Assembly: GCF_003704095.1 (NCBI RefSeq)
Contig: NW_020843631.1
Location: forward strand, 186,001-250,000
Direction: 5' to 3'
Origin: Pocillopora damicornis
Taxonomy: Eukaryota
DNA: 64,000 nt
The position numbers and the translations under genes were made by a program. The notes beneath the pieces were generated by a model. The model was not told the DNA's origin. It worked only from the letters and a program-made list of their open reading frames with translations, and searched no databases. Position 1 is the first letter of the stretch. Each line of letters begins with the position of its first letter. This document shows positions 23,766-35,400 of this stretch, one piece after another.

Positions 23766-26700
23766 CTATAAGATGACACATCTGTCCTGCAAAAGAAAAA
23801 TGGAAACATAAACAGTTGGACACTGTGACTTAAGGAACACGACTAACTTTATTGGAAATGACGATGTTTACGTCAACTGATTCGAGTGGAATATTCCTCT
23901 TGGTAAGTATGAGGGAAACGAAAATTCAGAGAAAAATTCTCCACGATCCTTGACAGGAGTGGAACTTTGGAACTTCCCCCAAGGACTTGCTAGCTACCCT
24001 AAGCCTTTCATAGCTCAGGCTTAGGTCGTCTGCAAGAAGGGCAGCAATTAAACGGTTGNNNNNNNNNNNNNNNNNNNNNNNNNNNNNNNNNNNNNNNNNN
24101 NNNNNNNNNNNNNNNNNNNNNNNNNNNNNNNNNNNNNNNNNNNNNNNNNNNNNNNNNNNNNNNNNNNNNNNNNNNNNNNNNNNNNNNNNNNNNATAAACT
24201 CTAAAAAATGTTGTTATGTCCTTACACTGGACTCCTGCCTCTGTTGAGTGGCATTACTGCTTCTTTGCTGGGGCTGTGGAAGAAGAGCCAATCTTGCAGG
24301 AGATGTCCCTGATGGTTGTGGTCTGGTTTGAGTTCTTTGCGGCTGCTGCTGTTGTTGCCTTCGTTCCTCTTCTTGTTGCAGCTGTATCGCTAGCTGAAGA
24401 CTAAGAAATTGATAACTTTGTTGAGTTGCTTTTTGCTATTTTAAAAACATTCATTTGGTAATTTATTAAAAGGGCTGACTAGAGTCCTTGTCAGTACTTT
24501 GGGAATGTAAAGGGAAGAGATGGAGACAAGCATATACTGATAATAGGGATCAACCCTTGTGAAGTATAAAAACAACCAAAATTAACTTCAATAGAGAAGA
24601 CCTCACATTTATTCTTATCTTTATTTTTGATTGCTATTTCACTTTGCATCAAATATACTTGTTGTACGTTACTTATAATCAACTCTTAACTGAAAACCAC
24701 AATGCAAAGATCTTATGTTGACTTTTGGCTTGATGCTAGGTGAATATGTTGTGGTTCAGGTTTTTTTTTTTTTCAGGTCATAAATTTCCAAACCAGTTTG
24801 AACTTTGTTTTCCTTTTTCTAGTTTTCACAACAAATTCATAATCTAAGAAAAGGGAGAGAAAAATCAAACTAGTTTGAAATACTTTGATCAAGGGAAAAT
24901 TAAAACCACCATATACAGTATCCAAGAAATTAAAAATTTCAAGGACTTACTCGGACCACTCTTGATTGGACTGAGTAGTTTGATGAGCAGGCCCATCCCT
25001 GCCATCCACTTGGGTTGGAGACACCCCTTCAGGATGTGTCTGAGGCCTTCGTGCAGCATTTTCTTGTTCCTCCTGAAGACTTAATGCTACTAAATAACTG
25101 CAAGGTACAATAACACATGGAATTAAAGACAAGTTTAATCCTTCAACTAACAGAAATGATTAACAAGTAACTTCTAACTACAGTTTCCATACAATATCCA
25201 GCAAGAAGGTAATGAGAATCTCGAAACTTTTCAGGTTGAAGTTGTTATCTTGATCCAACACCAAATTCTTTTCACTAATGTACAAGGGAATGGGTTGAAG
25301 CTAGAAAAGAGAATTAAGAATCAGATCTTGGAAGCTGAAGGGTTTAAGGTTAGGGTTTTACAAATCAAGTGCTTCTAACTGCCAAAGGTTGAATATTTAA
25401 TTCCTCTACATGAAGTGTATTGGGAGTCCTCCTGGAGTGAATTTTGCTCCATTACAGGTAACCTCTCATGGTTCTTAGGACCCATTCATAACCACTGTTA
25501 GAAAGAGGTACTGTGAAATACTATGATTTTGCCTGTGTAAGGTTTGTCTTGTAAAAAACAGTGGCTTTGGTCTCTTTGAGTGTGGTCCAAGAAAGCATAA
25601 ATGTACAGTTTACCAGCCTACTGGTAAACTATACATTGTCAAATGTAAACAACTGTAAACAGTCAAACCAGTGTTGTTCATGGGTAGCACCTTAAAAAAG
25701 GTATGCAGAAAGAGTAAGGAGAATATGTATATTGATGTTTGGTTGTAAGGTGTCCCTCCTTTGGATTCCACTCAGTCTTACTGATGTTAGATTAACCCTT
25801 TACAGCATAACATCATAATGCATATTCTCCATACTGTTCTCTATATTTTTCCTAATGTGCCGACAAGGAGAACTTGTTTAAAAATGGAAGAGCTTCTTCA
25901 GTAAGCATATTCCCCANNNNNNNNNNNNNNNNNNNNNNNNNNNNNNNNNNNNNNNNNNNNNNNNNNNNNNNNNNNNNNNNNNNNNNNNNNNNNNNNNNNN
26001 NNNNNNNNNNNNNNNNGGACAAACATATAGCTTGACTGGGAGTACTGAGAGGTTTGTAAGCTGCCCCCCCTCCCCCTTCCCACCCCTCAAGGGTATAAAG
26101 GAAAGCAATGAAACAAGTAATACATCTTGGAATGTTTAACCTCCCATGAGTGACCAGGACAGAATTTCTCCTTACAAAATCAATACAATATCACCAGATG
26201 AGAAATGAGAATAAACTAAAAAAAATATAAATTATAGGCAATTGTTACATGTAGTTGATCCAATACCAAATTCTCTGTAGTCACCACATAAGAATTACTA
26301 ATGAGATCTAGGGACTGAAAGGGTTAACAAGATAGGTGAGAAGTGACTACAATAACAGTAGTCTCATAGTGAATTCTAGGGAGATACCGGGTGAATATAG
26401 CACCAGTTATTCTTCATAGGTTCCCCCTTGATCTGCTCAGGTCAAAATTTGACTTACATACCTTCAGAGACCAGCTGACTTTCTGCACCATCCTGTTTAC
26501 TGGCAATGATTTTCTCCACCAGCTGATTGTAACTGAGTCCACTGACTGCAGAGGCAATCTCAGTATTCTGTGGATCGATAAGCCATCCATGGTACAGTCC
26601 AATTGATAGAAGATCAAATACAATACATTCTGGAGTGAACTCAAAGTCTTTAACCCTAAAAATTTAAAGTAATATTCATATTTTTTAGACTTAAACATAA

Positions 26701-28549
26701 ATTTGTCTTAATTGCAAGAATCACTAACATTTACAGGCAGTCATCACAGCCAAAAATAAAGAAATGGAAAAAAATGAGGAAAGAAAAAATATTCAAACTT
26801 ACAGCTAGAGATCAGCAAGCACAACTGGATGATAATTTTGCAATAAAAGTTACACACAGAGCAAAGTCTGACCTTGACAAATTTTTTTTATCAATGTTTT
26901 GAAGATCAAATATAGTTGACCCTCTCCTTATTTACTCTTTTATCTCTCAGATCTTGAGAGTGACAGTCTCAAAATATTCCTGATCTGCTACACTTACCCA
27001 GTGAACTTTACATTTACATCTAGTCCTGTCTGTAATTTGTTCATGATTGCAATGGCATCATGCATGTTTTGTTCATAGTTTAGCTGGGCTCCTTCGGGTA
27101 AGCGCTGTTGAGGATTCAAAGGCACATTAGGATTTTAGGAGACAATGTATAGCTTGAACATTATCTTAAAAATTTGTTTTCCTAACCCTGTAACTCCTAC
27201 GAGTGAGCAAGACAGAATTTTTCCCAACAATATCAACAAATACAATATCAATCAGACAAGTAATGAGAATACATATAACTGTCGAAAAGGGGGTTTAATT
27301 ATTGGCTAATCCAATACCAAATTCTCCACACAAAAAGTGTAATAATTGTATGGCACACAATGAATAGAATAACTAGTGAGATCTTGGGAGAGAAAGAGTT
27401 ATTCAAAGAGGTTTTTAGCATTTTAACAGCAGTGTCCCTAGTTGACACTTTTCAAAGGGTTAGGTTAACAAATCACAATCTTAGTTCACTCTTTAGAATC
27501 CTATGTCACTCTGAGATGTGTGTTCAGAATGCAGCAACTGCAACTACTCTTGATATTCTGTCATTTGAGGTCAGTACTGTAAATCTACAAATTTGTGGCT
27601 GTGTATAGCTCAGAATGACAATGAAATTTTCTTGTCAACTTCCTTATACTATTAACCACACTTATTGTTGATAATAATTGCAAATTCATCTTCAAACCTT
27701 GGGTGCTTCTTCTAAGATGCAGTCTCCAATATACTCCATGAGCTGCCCTGATGTCACAAACTCTTGCTGTGGTGGAAGAGTGATTCTTCTCTGCAGAAGA
27801 AGCACATTAACAATTGCTAGAAGAGGACAGGGGCCATTTTCATTCTGTGTGATTATGGGCGTGTTAATACCTTTCCATTTTATCCACTTAATATGATATA
27901 TCGACTCCAAAGCCTGTTCCTCTTGAGTTTGTATTTTATCTCCAGTTTGAGCCTCACTCTGGGAACTCTCTGTCAACTCAGAACTCTGGTGTTCGGATGC
28001 GTTCGGATGGAGTTCTGAAGTTGAGTCATTCGTTGTTTCACTGATGTTCGAATGAACCGCACTTAAATCGTTTTCTGTTGGCAAATCGGCGCTCTTAGAG
28101 TCCTCGGTCTTAGAGTCTTCAGAAATCTCAGGAGTGCTGTTTTCGTGTCCTGATACCTGAAAGTTCTCCTGTGTCGTATCCGAGTCATGTTCCACTCCAA
28201 CAGGTCTTGGCAGTGTAATGTTCACATGTTTTTCCTCGCCTTGACTGCCTATTTCACCATCTTCAGTTGATGTTTCGCCCTGTTCGGTTGATTCTAAACG
28301 GTCACCTCCTTCATCTTGAGGCAACGAATTTTTTTCACCTAACCTTGCATCTTCGTCGTTTGTCGCTACGTTATTCACTTGAGGAGCGTCTCCATCGTCG
28401 AGCGTTTCTCCCGAGCTCTCGACAAATCCGGCAGAACTTTGCGTTTCGGTCTGATCATCTTCTGAGTTTTCCGCACCAAGAGTAAAGTCAGGGGATCTGC
28501 TTAAAAATTCATCAGGATTAGATGCAGTGTGCTCTGTTACATCGTCCAT
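23766..28549 (-). CDS. MINDY2: MINDY-1/2 family K48-specific deubiquitinase (FAM63); visible exons 28549-27698, 27104-26998, 26655-26462, [exon(s) missing in gap], 25097-24951, 24400-24226, 23786-23766
   Basis: YHIKWIKWKG...TPIITQNENGPCPLLAI (catalytic Cys); LQTGLDVNVKFTGVKDFEFTPECIVFDLL..LYHGWLIDPQ; SYNQLVEKII; two MIU motifs (YLVALSLQEEQ, DLQLAIQLQQEE); C-terminal DRCVIL*. All GT-AG. Confidence 0.92.
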
Positions 28550-29465
28550 TTTCCACCCTGATATTTGTCTTCTATTTGTAACTCGATTTGAGCATAAAAG
28601 CTCTAAACAATGGAGAGGAATGAAAATTCCACACCTCTTCGAAAGCAGCGTACACTTGTTCGAATTCCGCTCAGTCCAAGGATTTCCTTTCAGAAACTCC
28701 TGCTAGTTAATTCAACACCTCTGTTACTTGAACCAGAAGTTCACTGTAGATCTTACGGCTCCTACGAAAAATGTCCCTCAAGATCACTTTCTAAAATGTT
28801 GATTGTGTCTCCTCAGAGAAAAGACCAGATTAACGAATTGATCCTGTCTCCGATGCTACATGGCTCTTAACCACAGGAGGTTAAATTCAACTAAACATCA
28901 ACATGAATACATCCTGTTCAGGTTATACAAGAAAGCATCCGAAATTTAGAGAAAACGGACGAAAAATGAATAATTTACGATGTACTTTCTGCAGAGGTCA
29001 CTTCCGAAATTACCCCACCGCCATTACAATATATACCATCGTGCGTTGCGCTGAATTGTAATTACTACTTCATATAACGAAGAGTCGAACCTAAAATACA
29101 ATAGGTTTCCGTGAAATTAGCATATTTTTGTTGAATATTTATAAATGTTAACTGGATTATTGAAGAATTGTAACTTCGAGTGTCACAGTTCTTGTAGAAA
29201 CGTTCGATTTCTGTTTTGAACACCCGAAACGACGAATATTGCAATCTGAAACCATTGAATGACCTTCGGTCTGCTGTCATTGGCGGGAAATTAGAAAAAA
29301 AAAAGTTCGAGAGTCGTGTCGATTGAAATGTCGTTGACGTGACGACGTATTCTGGTTGACTTTGGCAACGAAAGAATCCTGCTACTAAAAAATTTCTAAA
29401 TTGAGTCTCATTGCAATCCATCAAGTCATTAAGATCACAGCTGATATCTCTTGGATGGTCTGTAA
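28550..29465. promoter_or_regulatory. Putative bidirectional promoter between MINDY (-) and the LRR mosaic gene (+)
   Basis: The two ATGs diverge about 0.9 kb apart and the region is CpG-rich. ETS-like CACTTCCG at 28999-29006, YY1-like CCGCCAT at 29018-29024, CRE half-site TGACGT at 29335-29340. Confidence 0.55.
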
Positions 29466-32400
29466 ATGGCTCGCTATCACTGCGCAAAAATTTGGCGAGC
29501 TGAGTTTGTTTACTGTTTACTTTTGTTTCTCGCGAAAGAAGCTCGAACCGTACCGAACCACGGCAGTCAGACCTTTCTTGGCTATGAATACTGGAATAAT
29601 CGCTATTCCATGGGCTATACGGATTGGAATGGTTTCTGGAACAATGGCAACAGCGGGAGAACTATGTATAATCGTCAAAACTCCGAGACGAGCGGACAAT
29701 CTTGCGGAGGTTGTTCCTGCAACAACCAAGAACGTACAGCCACTTGTACTGGCCCGAGCGTGTAAGTATCTTGTTTCAAGTTTGATATTACTCTTTCTTG
29801 TTTTTTTATCTTTATTGAGTTTAATACCTGCATTGTTTTGTTTGAAGTTCTTTTATTGCCTCTTCAACGGATTTTTATCAGCGCTATGTAAAAAACTTCG
29901 ATCCGATTGAAAAGAGCAACACAAACAAGAGGGAGAAATGTTTTATTTATTCGCACGATTTCGACAAAATGTTTTTTTTAGATGTTTCAGAATTACTACA
30001 TTTGTCTTTGAAGAGAATTAGAAGAGGTGGGTGGTGTTCAATTGATATCTGGGGCGAGAAAAATTTTACAACTTATGCCAAACGATCTCTTGATCTGAAT
30101 CTGTAAAGATTTGAAACGCTGTGACTAAATGTTCGGTTCTGAGAGTTTTTTTTTAAGTTCTTAAGAGTATCTGATGTCTAATAAGAATTGTCAAAAAATT
30201 CCAAAAACTGTTTTGGTTTTTAGTGGACGAATTTCCCGTACTTGTGTAATCATCTTTAGATCGCAAGGTATTACTTATATAACTTTTCCAACATATCAAG
30301 TTTATGTAATGCACAAGCTCGGAACATTCGTCCTGTTAAACATAGACCTATACTCTAGCATTAGTAAACATATTCTCTATACTGTCTACTTATATTACCT
30401 AAGGTGCTGAAAAAGTTAATATGTTTAATAATCAAAATTTACTTTGGTTGGTGATCATTCCCTTTATTTCCTTGATCGTAATGAGGATTTATAATGGTAA
30501 TTGGAATGAGTGGAGTGCAATTTGGGCTGAAATCATACGCGTGATTTCAAAATTGAACGAGAGCGCAGCGCGAGTTCAATTTGAAATCACAAGTATAATT
30601 TCAGACCAAAATTGCACAACACAAAGTTCAATTACCGCTTTATTACATCCATTTTGAAATCGCCCAAATACAGGACTTCAAATATTTTGTTACTACAATA
30701 CTGAGCCAGTTTCAAATTAAATTCATCCATTTTTTGGGAGGAAAAAAATAAGAGTTTTGGAAACAAAAGTTGTAAAATTTGCCACATGACACTTCATATC
30801 TTTCATCTTCCTGCAATTTGATCGGTTACTTTAAACAAGCCTTGAAGTCTGATTGGTTGTTTTGTTTTTAGTGTAGCCTCCTCATAAAGCAAAAAATGGT
30901 GCAATTTGTGAATAAATTGCACCGATTAGAGCCAATCAGATTACAGGGACCACCAGTGATTTCAAAATGGGTGTAATAAAGGGTGAAATTGTGCAGATAA
31001 ATTACTTGCTAGTCTTTCCCTTTAGGGGTCAGAGGATTAAAAACGATTGTAATCGTTGGATCACTTGGCATTTCTAGACAAACATTGAATGTCTCTCATT
31101 AGGTTTTGGGAGGAATGGGGTAAATATTTCTGACATTCAGACATGGTCATACCCAGCATTCAGAAATATTAACCAAATTCCCCCCAAAAACTTCTAGCTT
31201 ACTGAGTGAGGATGTACAGTGTTCTTTGGCTTGCCTCCCAGTCAGAGTTCACAGGGTTCCTGAGATTTTGTTGTAACAGGCTCCCAGTGAAACTGCAATT
31301 TAGTGTTCATGGGCATTGCTGTCGCAGTCCTTTAAGGGTAGAAAGGGTTCCTGCTCATGCTTGAATTTTACGAGAGCTTGTTGGAGTGGCTCTAACTCTT
31401 ATAATAATGATGATTTGGTCTGTGGTGACAGGTCATGGTGACCACAAATCAATGAAAGACTGAAGTTTTTTGGATAATGAACTTTGTGTGGGCTACATTA
31501 GCTAATACTGGTATTTAGCTGATGGTTGCATGTAGTCCATAGGAGATTAACACTTGACCAATGTTTGAAAAGTATTTGGTCGATCTATAGCAGGCAACTA
31601 GATATTTATCAAATAGCAGATTGATAACAGTTGTATCACTTTAGGTATCAACTGTCAGGATATGAGGGCATCAAGATACTTAATGTCTATCTGACAAGAG
31701 GCAATTTTCTACAATGATCAACCTACTATCAATTTACTTTTAGCCCCCAAATTGAAAAACTATCAGTGGACATATCAACTGACTGATAAATTGCCTGACT
31801 GTGGCTGTCTATCTGTTTGTGCCCCTGTTAAACCCTGGTGTCATCATTGACCTGGGTCGGGGACTGGGTTCTGTTTTCACAACCAGGAATAAAATTTGCT
31901 TTTGTTGATGGAGCAGAGATCTGTGTGCCTTACAAGAACTTTAGGTGGAAAGACTTTTGTCAGAGGGGCTTGCTCATCTGATAATATTAAGCCCCTTCAT
32001 AAATTAAACTAATGCCTCTGATGTGAGTGAGAGCTTAGAAGGGCTCTTTTCTCAAAAATCAGTGGGTATCTAACTCCAGAAACCTTTGAAAAATTCATAA
32101 CAAAAAGTGATACAATCAAGTTTCTCACTGAGAATTTTAAGTTAGATGCATCTGGTAATCAGCCTCTCTAGTGGTGACATCTGGCCCTTCATGAGAATCA
32201 GTAACATCTCTTCTTAATATGCTGCTTTATCCATCAGTTACTTTGTTATTCAAACTGAACTGTCACATTTTATATCATACTAAGCATAGCAAAGGCTTGA
32301 TTTCTTAGCTTTGGAGCCATTGGCCAGCACCTAAGTGAGCTCTCTGTCTGCATAAGGCATATTTTCTGCAGTGATATATTTTCTGCTGTGCATTAATTTA

Positions 32401-35400
32401 TATCTGAGAAATGCATATCCCTGGTTTTTGAAAAGGTTATGGAGTGCTTATTTTGGTAGTAAGCCACTGGTTGTTAACAACTTACAATATTATCATAGTG
32501 GATTGTACAAATGTTTGATTTTAAAATCACATAATTATGTGATTTCAGAGCAAATTACACCACAATCAGTCCAATCATCCTAAGCTTATTAATTATATCA
32601 AGGTACATGTAATATCTATAAATTAATATTCACCAAATGATTGATAGGTTCTAATACCTGTTGATTGATAGGTTCTGAGTTTTGTTTTAAAGTGATTACA
32701 TCATGTTTTGTACCTTTTTGTCATCAGGAACATCAGGAATAGGGCAGTACAAAATTTAAATCCAGAGGATCTTAATGTTGGAATTACAGAAATGTAAGTG
32801 TGCTACTATATAGAGTTAGATGAGACTCTTTAGTCAGGAAAAATTTTGTACATGGTAAGAGGTGGCCAAAATATGAGAGAACTCTGATTATTGTAAATTG
32901 ACTCAAATTTTTTGTGGGCAGAGAAATGTTTAAATATTATGTTTCCTTTGTATATTGAATTATGGGCATCAATTTTTAAAGGGACAATATCTTAAAATAA
33001 CTGAGTCATAAAAATTGATGTGGCCAATGTGAAGATGGAGAAAGAATCCACCACATGGAGAGTGATGGTCAAATAAAATAGACATTGTGAAGGGTAAATT
33101 TAACCTGTCTTCATTAAAAAGTGTGTTTCTACTCTTTGCAGTAAAATTTTCAAATCTGGCTTAGAGTATGTAAATGCCAAGGCTTTCCACAATCTGACAG
33201 GCCTAAAAGAACTGTAAGTAACCACAATTTTCATGGATTCTTTTCAATTTAGTTGCACCCATTTTAAAAAAAAGTTGGTGCTTTAAGTTTCTGGGCAAGA
33301 TATCTTATCAGCATATCATTAGGTAGTTATTAAACTGACTTTATTGATAAAACACACTAAAACCACATTTCTCAGAATCACTGGTATTAGCAGAGTTGAA
33401 CATTAGAATTGTTCAAGGACTAATCTATGACAAGAGAGTGGTATGTTATCTTCAGTTGGTAATTTGAGCAATCTTAACAACATTGTTCATTATTCAATAC
33501 ACAAATAATCAGATAGAGGATCAATACCAGTATCTAGGCAACTGCCCACCTACCCCTTCCCTAACCCAACATTAGCCTTAACTTGTTGTCAATTGACTGT
33601 TGTTGAGTTAGGGGAGGGGTTGGTGGGCAGTTGCCCAGATATTGATATTGATCCCAGATAGACAACAGCAGGAATGAACAAATGCACCTATTTCTCAACC
33701 CCACCTCCCCACACCACCCCCTCCCCAGAGAAAAAATGATTAATATTAACAATAAAACAAACTAATCAACAAAATTTACTCACTGACTGACTTGGACCTT
33801 AAAAGTAGAAAAAAAAAAAGAATGTGAGAAACCCCCAGATCACCAATGTGTGCAACTTAGAATTCTTTCAGCTAGGACTCTCATCAGCACATGTACATGA
33901 CTATTTAATTGCTCCTCAGGAATTTGGCACAGAATGGACTAACTGACTTTCCAGATATATCCAAGAATTCTCTCCTGGAAGATCTGTAAGTCACTTTTAG
34001 AGTGTCATCATCTGCATTAAGCACTTGACAACAGCCTCCTTCTGATGACTGAAAAAAAAGGCCAGTCAAATTTTGTTATAATCGTGATTGTCAGTTTCTG
34101 TTCTCATGGTAAACAATGATAGCTTAGAATACTTGTGGATATGTTTGTTTTCATTCTTGAATTGATCTATACTTGTGGTTAAAACCGCCAGTATTTATGG
34201 AGATCAATGGCTTAGAGAACTTTTGACATTTTATGTGGTTCTATTCCTTTCAAGTGCTTCTCTTTTTCTTTTGTATGTATAGCAGAACATTTTCTTATCT
34301 TTAACCAAAACAAGAGAATGTAATGTTTCTTTTACTATCCTTTTGTTTCTACTCCTTTAATAGTGATTTGTATGCAAATAAAATTCAGTTGTTCAGCCAC
34401 AACTTCACCAGTCTGCCAAAGGCCTTGAAGAGAATGTAAGTACTGGTAGGGTTAACAAGGATTCATGATTAGTGACAGAAGTTGGAAGAACAAAGATACC
34501 AGGATGATAAATAAGGCATAGTCATGGTTACATGTGACATACAGAGGTTGCAACCTGAAGGTAGAAGCTACCTGCTCGCTTTTCAAACTTTGTTTCGGAC
34601 TCATCTTAGATGGGGCTGCAATTTTTTCTTGAATAAAACTGTGAGTTATAATCAAGTTCACTTTCATTGGTTTATCTTTTGTTTTTCTTTTCAGTATTAT
34701 GATTGACAATGAGATAGACTGGATTCCCAATGAATGGTTCAATTTGCCAAACCTTGAATACCTGTAAGTATATCTATTAGTAAAATAATTGCTTTCATTT
34801 CACAAGACGTACCAATGTCTAAGAACCATCTTCCAATAAATTTTTAAAGGCTGGGTGATGTTTGTTTGTCATCCTGCAATTTACAATTCATTGCATTTGG
34901 TTATCTACCAGCTATACTTAGCTATGATGATTCTCATAGTTGATAATGCTTCATGTTTAATGGCATTTTACAGCATATAATATGTATGAAAATAAATCTA
35001 ACCACATGTTATATCATATTTGCAAGCAATTGATGATTAATTTGTATTTATATTGCACTCATGACAGTGCGTTAAGCAAGAACAGGTTGAAAAAGTTTCC
35101 TTCAGCTTCCTTCATAAACTGCCGCTCACTGCTGTACCTGTGAGTATTATTTGTTTGGAATACTAAAAGTTTAAATGTCTTCTTCTCATTGATTTTTTTA
35201 AGTTACCTTAATGTTCATGTGTATTTTTGTTGGCAGGTCAGTTGATCAGAATGAAATTGGCAGTCTTACGGTTCCAAACATGCAACCCTTCTTTGGAAAT
35301 GACTCTGCACTTGTTCATCTGTAGGTTTCTTAAAGCCAGTCTTTTATAAGGCTTACCATGCAATTTAAGTTCTCTTAAAACAGCAATAAATTCTGGATCT

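Noticed and set aside
29401-29910. 169-aa hydrophobic ORF overlapping the first LRR-gene exon
   Set aside because: Alternative frame with a TTG start. The ATG frame at 29466 gives a signal peptide, an LRRNT and an in-phase donor.
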